A stretch of DNA of 63,316 nucleotides, filler included, from Octopus bimaculoides (Eukaryota): the NCBI RefSeq assembly GCF_001194135.2. It is 5 parts of 5 records of this genome, joined end to end, with 100 filler letters (N's around TTAATTAATTAA, not from the genome) between each part and the next. Parts side by side here need not be neighbours in the genome. Positions count along the whole stretch, not along the records: positions 46,136 to 55,310 come from NC_068981.1; positions 55,411 to 63,316 come from NC_068982.1; 3 more parts are not named here. One strand, 5' to 3'. Under the pieces are notes generated by a model. That model ran no database searches and was not told where the DNA came from. It saw nothing but the letters and a program-made list of their open reading frames with translations. Both the position numbers and the translations under genes were made by a program. This document shows, piece by piece, positions 52,510 through 63,316 of this stretch. The stretch's first letter is position 1. The number at the start of each line of letters is the position of its first letter.

Positions 52510-55020
52510 AGCTGTGAACTCACTTTATTTGCCGAGTCTTTGCAGTCACAGCATATCTCCAGAGGTCTCAGTTCTTTTGTCATTGCCTCTGTGAGGCCCA
52601 ACATTCAAAGGTCATGCTTTACTACCTCATCCCATGTCTTCCTGGGTCTTCCTCTACCCCGGATTCCTTCAACTGTTTGGGAGTGGCACTTCTTCATACA
52701 TCTCTCCTCATCCATTCGTAGTACATGACCATACCAGCGCAAACGTCTCTCTTGTACGACACATCCGATGCTTCTTATGTCCAACATTTCTCTCAGGGCG
52801 CTTACACTCTGTTGTGTGTACACACTGACATTACACATCCAGTGGATCATGCTAGCTTCATTTCTTTTGAGCTTATGCATTTCTTCAGCAGTCATGGTCT
52901 ATTTGCACACATGCATCATACAATCTACCTTTCACTTTGAGTGAGAGGCCCTTTGTCACCAGTAGGGGTAGAAGCTTTCTGAACTTTGCCCAGACTATTC
53001 TTATTCCAGTGGTAACACTCTCTGAGCATCCACCCCCACTACTAACTTGGTCACCTAGGTAGCAGAAGCTATCAACTACTTCTAGTTTCTCCCCCTGGAG
53101 TATGATGGAATCTGTTTTCTGAGCATCTGTGGTGTTTATTGCCCCTGTGCATCAGCTGCACACAAAAGCTATCTTCTCGGTTAATCTTCCCTTGATGTTA
53201 CTGCACCTCTTATCTGTCCATAGCTTACACTGGGTACATCTTATGGAGTTTCTACCTACACCTTTTCTACAAATCGAGCAGGGCCACCTACATGAGGGTG
53301 TGTGTGATGAGTTCGCCTTCCTTCTTACTAGAACTTTGGTCTTTGCTATATTGACTCTAAGGCCTTTTGATTCTAAACCTTGCTTCCACACCCAAAATTT
53401 CTTATCTAGTTCTGGTAGTGATTCTGCTATGAGGGCCAGGTCATCAGCATAGAGGAGCTCCCAGGGGAAACCTGTCTTGAATTCCTGTTATTGCCTGGAG
53501 GACTATGATAAATAAAAGGGGACTGAGGGCTGAACCTTGGTGGACCCCTACTTCTACCCAGAATTCTTCACTATACTCATTGCCAATCCTAACCTTACTA
53601 ACAGCCTCTCTGTTTAGGTCCTGTACAGCCCTTATTAACCATTCGTCAATCTTCAGTTTTCACATCACCCACCAGATAAGGGATTGGGGGACCTTTTCAA
53701 AAGCTTTCTCCAAGTCCACAAAAGCTAAGTATAGGAGTTTATCTTTAGCTAGTATTTTTTTTGCGGTTGTTGAACCAGGAATATGGCATCAGTGGTGCTT
53801 CTACCTGGCACAAAGCCAAACGTCATCTCATCTAGACTAACTCTCTTCCTGATTAGTTGGGCTGTGACTCTCTCCGCAACTTTCATCACCTGATCCAGCA
53901 GTTTGATACCCCTGTAGTTATTTCTATTTAGGGCATCACCTTTACCCTTGTAGCAGTTGACTATGGTGCTGCTACACTAGTCATTGGGTATGACTCCATC
54001 ATGAACTACCTGGTTTACAATGCGGGTGACTAGGCCATAGCCCACACCACCAGATGTTTTAAGCATCTCAGCAGTGATTCCTGATGGACCAGGGGCTTTT
54101 CCTGGCTTCATACCCTTAATTGCTTTATCTACCAGTGAGCTGTCTATTCAGATAGCTGGTCCCTCTACTGGGTTAACATTTGGCAGGCTCTCCTCTTCTC
54201 ATTCATTCTCCATGTTCAGTAGTCTTTCATAATGGCTTCTCCAAGCCTCTTTTTCTCTCCAAATCATTAGAAGCAAGTGCACCATCATCCATGCTGACAC
54301 ATTTCTCTCCTGTGACATCACAATTTTCTTTCATGCACTGTCTTGCAATCCGAAATACCTCAGTTCTTTGGTCCTCTCATCGCTGGACATTGGCAAACTT
54401 CTTTTCCGCTTAGCCCTTGGTTATGTATACCTGCCGTCCAACTTCCCTTTTGATTACCTGGTACAGTTCCCTGCTAGCCCCACCCTTCCAGGCTTTCAGG
54501 CCTGTTTCTTTGCTCTAATGGCTTTGTCTATCGTACTATTCTGCCACCACGTAACTCTAGGTCTGGAATGTACTTTACACCATCTGCAGACTTGGTCTGT
54601 GGCACTCAGCAAGCTGTCCCGTAGGAATTTCCAGCTACTTTCTATGTCCGAGGTCTGTAGCTCTTCCTACCTCTCATCAAATTTCTTTAGCTTCCAAATC
54701 CTTCATTTTTGGATTGGTCTGCTTATTGGTATCCTTCAGGCCTTGAGCCTAAAGTCACTAATGATTAGCCTATGCTGGGGGTACATTCTTCATCTGGGAG
54801 GGTCTTTGTATTTAATAGCAACCCTGCATCCCACAGTCTGGTGAGGATAGAATCAATCTGGCTAGCAGAGTCCCCTGATTGATAGGTTATCAGGTGGCTG
54901 TCTGACTTCCTGAAGTTTGTGTTGCAGATTAAAAGGTTACGTGCATCACAGAACTCCAGTAGCCTAGTTCCCTCATCATTCCAGGCACCACTACCATGGC
55001 CCCCATGCATACCAGTGAAG
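52510..55020 (-). mobile_element. RTE LINE, degenerate, from the endonuclease C-terminus through RT to the ORF end
   Basis: NDEGTRLLEFC..NLLICNTNFRK (APE), PWELLYADDLALIAES (RT), RRLRWYGHVLRM and RGRPRKTWDEVVKHDL. Confidence 0.96.
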
Positions 55021-55300
55021 ATACAACAGCCTGGGTTTCCGGGGCCCACAGCTTTTTAATATTCTCCCAAAGAGACTGAGAAACCTGCACAAAGTAGGCA
55101 TTTTAAAATCAAGACTGGGCCTCTTCCTGTCGAGAGTCCCAGACGAACCTACTTCACGGCAAGAGGTGCAAATGAGGGTAGCTACATCAAATTCCATTCT
55201 ACACCAAGTGCCACATATTTGAGGAGGATCTCATTAATAACAGTATAGCAAAATGGCGGTGCTTCAGCATGGCCACAGGCCTGAGCTGAAACTACAAAGA
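55021..55300 (+). mobile_element. CR1/L2-group LINE 3' end
   Basis: SLGFRGPQLFNILPKRLRNLH...LFLSRVPDEP...SNSILHQ then stop, followed by a short 3' UTR. Confidence 0.75.
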
Positions 55301-55310
55301 AATATATATA

Positions 55311-55410
55311 NNNNNNNNNNNNNNNNNNNNNNNNNNNNNNNNNNNNNNNNNNNNTTAATTAATTAANNNNNNNNNNNNNNNNNNNNNNNNNNNNNNNNNN
55401 NNNNNNNNNN
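55311..55410. other. Assembly spacer (44N-TTAATTAATTAA-44N)
   Basis: Same structure as the other spacers. Confidence 0.97.
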
Positions 55411-55521
55411 TTCACAAGTCCCTCTTTTGTTTGGAGCTGTAGCACTGTCTGCCATTTGTTCATTGAGTGCTCTATGTATTTTATGATAATTGGTGCCACC
55501 TTGTTTATGGCTAGTGTTTCC

Positions 55522-55587
<66 letters not shown>

Positions 55588-55619
55588 CATTATTATTATT
55601 ATTGTTGTTATTATTAGAG

Positions 55620-57150
55620 GGGTTACATATTAATTTATCCTTAAAGTCACTTTTAGCTAGGTCATTGTTCTCGAAATTTTTTTTATGGGAAGAGTGGGTA
55701 GAAACTCCGTTACTAATGTTAGTTATCAGGTTTTTAAATACAACAGGAGAGTGACAAGGCTGTTTATGTATTTAGAAAAATTTCTCGTTAGGCTTATGAT
55801 AAGGTTTATGGGAGATGTTAAGGTCTAGGGAAACATTTAAAAGTCAACTTTAGATAGATTAGTAACACTTGTAGTTTTAAGGCCTAATGACTGAAGGTAG
55901 AAGTAAGTTGTTTCGTAAATTTATCAAGGGTGTGACAATCACATCCGTTGGAAATATCCAAACTGTCGTCTTTGTATAAACCAACGTCGTGAAATAGGTA
56001 CTTAGATCTCAATGTGTTTAATACAAAGTGACCCACAAGATAGCAGCGGTAGTGCTATCGTACGACCTCATAGATACATCGAATAATTTATCACTATCCA
56101 ACCTTTTTACCCACGCTGAGCCCTTACTAAACAGTAGTGTTTTCCTCGCATGCCTGATGAAGTCCAGGTCTATAGGGTCTGTATCAACATATGATTTAGC
56201 AAAAACGATGGCTTTATCTAGCAGCGATCTAGATATGGAGGGACAGAAATCTATAATGTCAAACTGAGTGAACCTAGTCCTATTCTTATTCCTATTGTTT
56301 TTGAACCAATCTCTTACAGTAAAACTATTATTTCATTGTTGAAGCCTTGTGGTTTCCCTAATTTTATTATTAGTGCTTCGTAGTACTTTTTTTTTAGCTA
56401 CTAGCCCAATTTCAGACCTCGCTGGATTTAAAAGTCTACAAGTGGGTTTATTATGAAAATAAGTTATTTGGTCTTTTAAAGTAATAATGACTACCCTTTT
56501 AGCTAAGCATTCTAATCTATTGCCGATTTTACAACGTTTAACGAGGAATTTAACCTCATTGTTAGTGTCGTTGTATCTCTCTATGTTAACTTTCTTATAT
56601 TATATTTAGAAACTTATCATATGGCTCATTAGTAACTTCATACAGGTTGTTGGTCTTATAAAATACGAACTTCTTTTTTGAACTTCTAAAGTTTTTAATA
56701 TCAGATTTCATTTTAGTTTGAAAGGAGTTCTGGTAGTTACGGAATCTGATATTGGTAACAAAGTCAAGGAAGTCTGTCTCAAAAGGGAGTAAGTCTTTAA
56801 CCGTAGGTGGATATTGACGTGTCCTTCAATTATAACGTTCCGTATAAGTGGGAGCTAGAGTAATATCAAAAATAAGGCTTTCCATCTCATCCATTTCACG
56901 ACGTCTTTAGCTTTCTCGAGGAGTATCCCGTGATATAGGTTATTCGGTGGTTTATGTATGTTCTTAGCAGAGCATTCCATGAGGTATACATCCCAAATAG
57001 TATGTAAATTGGTAAAATCTTTAGAGTGACTCAATTTAGCGAAGCTATAACGTTAGTCATATGTTGGTAGTGTCTGATGATTGTGCTGGGACACCAGACG
57101 GGTTATAAAATACTGTTTGGCATGTTCTCGGCGAATGTAACATAACACAT
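55620..57150 (-). mobile_element. Penelope-like element RT pseudogene
   Basis: KNIHKP...WMRWKA, ITLKD...CRLLNPARSEIG, FDIIDFCPSIS, FDVSMRSYD, GLYKDD (degenerate catalytic motif) and PYHKPN. Confidence 0.88.
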
Positions 57151-57170
57151 ATTGTGTTTATGAAATGTAT

Positions 57171-57206
<36 letters not shown>

Positions 57207-57547
57207 NNNNNNNNNNNNNNNNNNNNNNNNNNNNNNNNNNNNNNNNNNNNNNNNNNNNNNNNNNNNNNNNNNNNNNNNNNNNNNNNNNNNNNNNNNNNNN
57301 NNNNNNNNNNNNNNNNNNNNNNNNNNNNNNNNNNNNNNNNNNNNNNNNNNNNNNNNNNNNNNNNNNNNNNNNNNNNNNNNNNNNNNNNNNNNNNNNNNNN
57401 NNNNNNNNNNNNNNNNNNNNNNNNNNNNNNNNNNNNNNNNNNNNNNNNNNNNNNNNNNNNNNNNNNNNNNNNNNNNNNNNNNNNNNNNNNNNNNNNNNNN
57501 NNNNNNNNNNNNNNNNNNNNNNNNNNNNNNNNNNNNNNNNNNNNNNC

Positions 57548-57672
57548 TTAATCCCGTGAGATTGCAGATAATATTTCTGAATCTCTTTGATTCTTTAAAT
57601 GTGCTGGCCCCCTGATAATTAATCGATATTAAATAATATATTAATATATGACTAATTACCAGATCTTATAAT
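57548..57672 (+). repeat. Unclassified interspersed repeat (copy of 48836-48955)
   Basis: Direct sequence match to the copy at 48836. Confidence 0.8.
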
Positions 57673-57775
57673 ATATATATATATATGTATGTGTGTATGT
57701 ATGTATGTATGTATGTATGTATGTATGTATGTATGTATATGTATATATATATAGTAAAAGAGTAAGGAGTAAGAG

Positions 57776-57832
<57 letters not shown>

Positions 57833-58749
57833 GTGCATGTATGTATATATATATGTATGTATGCATGTATGTATGTATATATAATTGATGGTAGAAAAAA
57901 ATGATTATTTATGTCATCAAATCGGTGGAAAATTCTCCGCACCAAAAGGCGTTCAATAATTCAGATTTCTAGATTAACGCCATTTTTCTTTTTTTTTTTT
58001 TTTCGAAGCATGATAAAATATTTCTCACTTAAACATAAAACACATTGACATAAAACGGTGCGGTGAAATCTCACCTTGAAACTGTTAGAGCTGCATTGGT
58101 AATCGATATTACATAGTACTATCATTGATTTGGAATTTAGCTCTTTACACTTGCACTACAACTACCTCTTGTACACGGACTTGCGATTAAGTGGGCAATT
58201 ACTGGGATCTATACAATTACATTTAAATATTTCTCAATTTTTATTGGTTTGAGAGTGTTTTTTCAGATTATGTAGGTCCACAAACGTGAAAAAAAACCAT
58301 GTTAAGAACGTTCATCGCATAATGAATATGCAAGCACCATCGACGTCAATAAAATATTTTACTCTGTAATAGCGGACCCATTTGTGGATACGGTCAACAA
58401 TATCTGTTTCTACAAAAATAGCAGCATCTCAGATTACAGAGCAGTACACTACTGTAGGGAAAATATGAGCTTTGTAGCGTATCAATAATTATTAAGAGTT
58501 GAAATATATTATGACCTTGAAGAAAAGGGCCAGTCGCTTAGATGCGTCCCTTGCTATGCTAATAATAGCTAATTTGGTGATAGTGAGAACCAGCAACTAG
58601 AGCGATTTGGGGGCGGGTTTATCTGAGTGATACTCACAGTAAAGGGGTTTGTGGTGTAATGATGTTTGCTTGATATGGATACCCTTTGTATTTTCTTGCA
58701 TTTGAAAAAGACAAAGTTTACCTATCATTGTTCCTGTTTCATTGAGTCA

Positions 58750-59280
58750 GTGTATTTTATGCGTGTGGTAGTTAAGTTGCAAAAAGATAATGCATGATTA
58801 GGAAAGAGTGAAAGGTTGTTTCGTTTCTGTGCGAATGAGTCTTGTTAAGTATATCACTGAGCAGGACATTATTGTATAGAAGGAAAAGTTTTACGGACAA
58901 CCTCAGATTTGGAGCACGTTGAAATTGAAAAAAATGATTAACAGAAAGAGCTTTGTTATAAATGTAGTAGTATAGAAATACTACAAAAAAGATACCGATC
59001 TAAGTGATGAGAGATTAAAGGACCCCATAAGTAGAACGTTTTGATAGGAGATTCGCATTTCAGACAAAGTCAAAAGCTTTGATTAGAGTGACAACATTGC
59101 TTTGATAAAATACTTCCAATGCAAGAACTCACTGGTAGATGACAGAAGAGATAATTTTCAAGAGGATCTGACTTAATAGAAACCACATTAGTAGTCATTA
59201 AGGAGAGAGCAAGATTCAACGAGTTGGAAGATGTTATTAATAGTGTACTCATTATCATTCAACTACTACCGTAGCTGAAT
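58750..59280 (+). mobile_element. Highly degenerate Tc1/mariner-superfamily fragment
   Basis: SDNIA...DLIETTLVVIKERARFNELEDVI loosely matches the QDNAP...SPDLNPIE..W region. Confidence 0.3.
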
Positions 59281-59968
59281 AATATTCTTTAGGCTGCAAG
59301 TTACACGCAGCATCTTTCAGAGATTTTCACCAATTCAGTTCTTAACCAAATTGCTACATTTTGGCATAAATAAGTTGAGATTTGATCCAGTAGAAAAAAG
59401 TCTGCATCAAAATTTGTAGCAACGTTATAGGAGAGTAAGTAACGCTACCAATCAAGTTTATATCTAAATAACTTTTTGATTTTAGAAGCAAAATATATTT
59501 ACCTTAGCATCAATGATAGAAAAATGCATGAAGAATTTTATAGTTTTGGTCCCATGCAACAAAAATTTGTATCAAAAATGTTGTGAGGTAAAATATGACA
59601 AAAAATATAAGGTAAAAAATTGGATTTCAGTAACATTAACTTTTTAATTTTGAAAACAAACTATATTTTAATTAAGATTAAATGATAGAGCTCAATGAAG
59701 TTTTAAAAGAAAAAAAGTTATGAGGGTTTGGTTTTCAAATTTGAGGGTGATAACATAGTTTTGTACGTTTTTTTATGAATATAGTTCTATAAAGGGACTT
59801 TTAATATATGTCACCGGCGTCATTGAGGTAAGGAAAAAAATTGTCAATGACACCGCTAATTGACACATTTGACAAATTATTAATTAGCATAATAGCATAG
59901 TCTGCAAAAAAAATGGATTACATGGAAAAATGCGAGCAAGAGAAATAATATTCTCAAGATTATAGATC

Positions 59969-60045
59969 TGGAAAATTACAGGACAAGTTATTACACATGG
60001 AAAATTGCAGGACAACTTATTGCATCTGGTAAAGTACAGAACAAG
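59969..60045. repeat. 29-bp tandem repeat, about 3 copies
   Basis: tggaaaatt(a/g)caggacaa starts at 59969, 59998 and, diverged, at 60027. Confidence 0.75.
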
Positions 60046-60084
60046 AACAATTTTACTTATCATATTGCAGCTAAGGATAATATT

Positions 60085-60290
60085 TGAATATTAAAAATTG
60101 AGACAATATGACGATATAAAACAGTCCTCCATACTCTACCAACATGCCAAGGACCAATATGGAGGCATCCTGGGTCAACTTGACATCCTCCTTTTATCCA
60201 AGCACCCAAAGGACCCAACACTCAGACAAATTCAGGAGTACGTCCTCATAAATGAAACATCCCCAGTAATAAATAGGAAATATACGTAGT
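60085..60290 (+). mobile_element. GIY-YIG endonuclease C-terminal fragment (Penelope-like)
   Basis: SILYQHAKDQYGG...ILLL...DPTLRQIQEYVLI....PVINRK resembles the PLE motif S.L..H...H.G...DP..RQI.E.V.I....P.LN.K. Confidence 0.6.
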
Positions 60291-60899
60291 AGATATCAAA
60301 CCCCCATACCCACAGGTAGAGTACAATGTTTAGTGGGCTGTTATGTAGATAAATGTATGTATGTGTACGTGTGTGTATATGTGTATATGCATATGCACCT
60401 GCATGTAGGTATATGGATATGAATGTAAACAGATAGACATACAGACGGATAGGTACATAAGTTATATGAACAGTCAAGCACACACACACACTCATACACA
60501 AATGAAGCTTGAAACAAACGACCATATATACATACACACTTCACTTCACGCAAGGACACATATGGAGCCACACGTCCACACATATGGAGATACACATCCA
60601 TACATACAGACACAGTACATAGTTATAAAAAAACTATACACACACACAGACGCACTCAGACATGCACACACAAGGATACAGAGGAACGTACACATATGCA
60701 AACACACACACAAACACACACACACACACATACACACACACACACACACAAACACGGACACGCAAACACATGAATATGTAGGCAGAATACATACATGCAA
60801 GCTTACCATACAGCTTGAGATACATCTATTATCCAGATGTTACCCTTTTTCAGCGGCAATGTTAAAGTAATCATACACAAACCAATCTCTCGATTCTTA

Positions 60900-61510
60900 T
60901 CGTTTTTAAGTTCATTCCATATGATGTGAGCTCAGTCTTTCAACTTTTCATGCTTTTTCTCAAAACCTCTTGACATCTTTTCATCCTTCGCAATCCCAGA
61001 CATATTTCGAATATAACAATGCACGAACGTAGTACCATATCATACACCTAGTGGTAGTCTACCGAGGTCATTGCTAAATTTCACTTCCTTCGCTCACAAT
61101 ATTTTGTCACCAATTTATCTCTGAGTACTTGATCTTCAGTCCCCTTGTAATTCCGTTTACAATCCTTTCTGCTCAACTGGAACAATTCCATTAACATCAT
61201 ACATTACATCAGTGATTGTTCCAGTGAACAGCTTCCTCACCACTGAAATGCATTATATTGGTCTGTAATTACCAAGAATATTCCCTTCTGAAGCATTCTT
61301 CAAACACAGAACTCTTCGTCCAAGAGATATCCACTCAAGAATCTATTCATTTCCTTTGTTCAGTGTAAGAAATTGTTCTACTATTATTTTGTGGCACCTT
61401 GTTAGCTTCTTTATCCAGTACTCTTGAACACCACCAGGCGCAGCTACTTTCCTTTCATTCAACTTTTAAATTACTTGTCTTAGTTTCTTTTCAGACCAAA
61501 ATTTTCCAGT
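60900..61510 (-). mobile_element. Degenerate R4/Dong-like non-LTR RT fragment
   Basis: Nucleotides decay from KAPG.DG, NYRPI.C, EQKG, DQ.LIDK and AW.DY.KAYDMVPHSW. Confidence 0.6.
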
Positions 61511-62068
61511 TGCCGATGAGAAAGAGACAATTGTTATTGATATTGTTACTGACGACAAAGTATCTACATAGTTGAATTAATATGAGCGTGTTTTTTCTGT
61601 TAGTGCATGCTATTCATATATTGCAATACAATTAAAATTGCTTTCTGCAACGTATTATTTTATACATATTTTTTTGTTTCAATTTTGAGGGCGAGTGGTA
61701 AAATCTTCATTACCATTTTCCTCGTTACGTTGGACAAAAAGTGAAGTTTTGTGCCAAATTAAGGCGCAAACCATATTTTATTCCTTTGTTAGGCTCATAA
61801 AGAGCGATTTCAAACTGTATGGAATCTGTATGAAACTATTTTTGGTAAAAGCATTATTTTATCTAAAACAACAACAAAATAATGCATTCCATTTGAAGAG
61901 GAACTTGCATATCATTTACTTGTTTTCATTAGAGTGGGGTTTCTTTTGTTGAACCACAAACAAACATGCATAACTATTCATATGTGTGTATGTAGGTGTG
62001 TGTGTGTATATGTGTGCGTGCGTGCGTATTTGTATATAAACATATACATACACACACATGTATATATA

Positions 62069-63309
62069 TTAGGTTGTTTCACATGAAATGTCGTATTTGA
62101 AAGGTAACAATAAAATGTTTCAGAACTGTTAGAAGACTGATTTATATAATCAAAGTATGATCCATGTTCCTTTATGACGCTTACCCAACGTTTCTCTGTC
62201 ATATATTCCATCTTTAAAAACAAGAATCTTTTGCTGTAATAATCTATCCGAATACTTCAACTGTCTCTTCTCTATTTAATAATGTTTTATTGCTTATGAA
62301 AACTCAAAATGTTTAAATAAGCGATGATCAGTAGGAGAGATGTCCGGGGAATCGGAATAATGTTGTAAAATCTCATTATTCAGGCTTTGTAACTTTTGGA
62401 CCGTAGCTTGAGGAGTGTGAGGGTGTGCATTGTTGTGGAGCAAATTGGGCCCTCTCTATTCACTAGTCTGGGTTGCTTCTTTTACAAATTCTCATGCATA
62501 CAATCACTTTCCTGGCAATACGATGTTTCTGTCACCGTTTTTCCTTGTTGCAAGAATAAATAATGAATAACTCCCTTTGCAGACCGCCATACAGTGACGA
62601 CTAAGTTTTAGGATGCAATGGTGGGTTTGGGTAGTGTTTAGGTGACTCTCCTGCATCTAATCACTGTCATGTTCTCCTGCTGTTCTCAAAGAGTATCCAT
62701 TTTCTCATCACAAGTAATGATTTGATGCAAAAATGGTCTTTTTCCAGTCGAGAAAGCGATAAAGGAGCACACTCCGAGGCGTCTGTTTTTTTTAATCTCG
62801 TTCAGGTGATGTGGAACAAACTTATCCGTTTTCTTGACTTTTCCAATTTTTTACAGGTGTCCAAAAACAGTTGTGTGAGATGTTTGGAGTTTTGATGAAA
62901 GTTTCCGAACCTTTGTTCTCAGATTTTGTTCAACCAAAGCATTTAATCCATCATGCCGAATAACTTATCTTGGCCTACCCCTTGGTTTATTTTCAAGGCT
63001 ACATCTTCTGAACGAGAGCTTTGGAACCATCTCTGAACAGTTCTGATGTCAATAAAACCATTACCAAAGGCCCGCTTGATATTCCGTAGAGCTTCTGCAG
63101 CAGAGCGACAGACTTTCTACTCATGCGTGAAAATCACTCAACTAAGGTTGTTATAATTTTCATCAGGTCTGTGAGTACGAATTTTGTATACCAATATTGT
63201 TGGGAAACAAAATCAGTCAAGATTAAATGCAAGGTATATATAATTGAGTTTTTAAATGACTGAAATAGCAAGTAATTAAAAATGCAACATTTCATGTGAA
63301 ATAATCTAT
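62069..63309 (-). mobile_element. Full-length degenerate mariner with both TIRs
   Basis: TA|ttaggttgtttcacatgaaatgtcgt ... atgcaacatttcatgtgaaataatctat|TA; SAAEALRNIKRAFGNGFIDIRTVQRWFQ N-terminus; multiple stops. Confidence 0.88.
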
Positions 63310-63316
63310 TATATAT

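Overview
AT-rich eukaryotic DNA saturated with microsatellites and transposon remains. The SINE, RTE and mariner families point to a cephalopod, probably Octopus (inference from remembered repeat families). The window is not one continuous locus. Four identical 100-bp spacers (44 N + TTAATTAATTAA + 44 N) join five segments: 1-14464, 14565-21426, 21527-46035, 46136-55310 and 55411-63316. The only host gene I can name with confidence is SEC23, whose last three coding exons lie on the + strand at 15317-19950. The rest is mostly tRNA-derived SINEs, RTE, CR1/L2-type, R4-like and Penelope-like retroelements, several mariners, MITEs and a Helitron 3' end. I found no convincing novel multi-gene system. 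The best leads are an unnamed spliced 3' gene end near 12 kb, a possible decayed multi-exon coiled-coil gene at 26-45 kb, a candidate SEC23 micro-exon, a PHD-like finger inside an RTE ORF, and a shared SINE/LINE 3' tail. All protein-family calls are by eye from remembered motifs; no database search was run.
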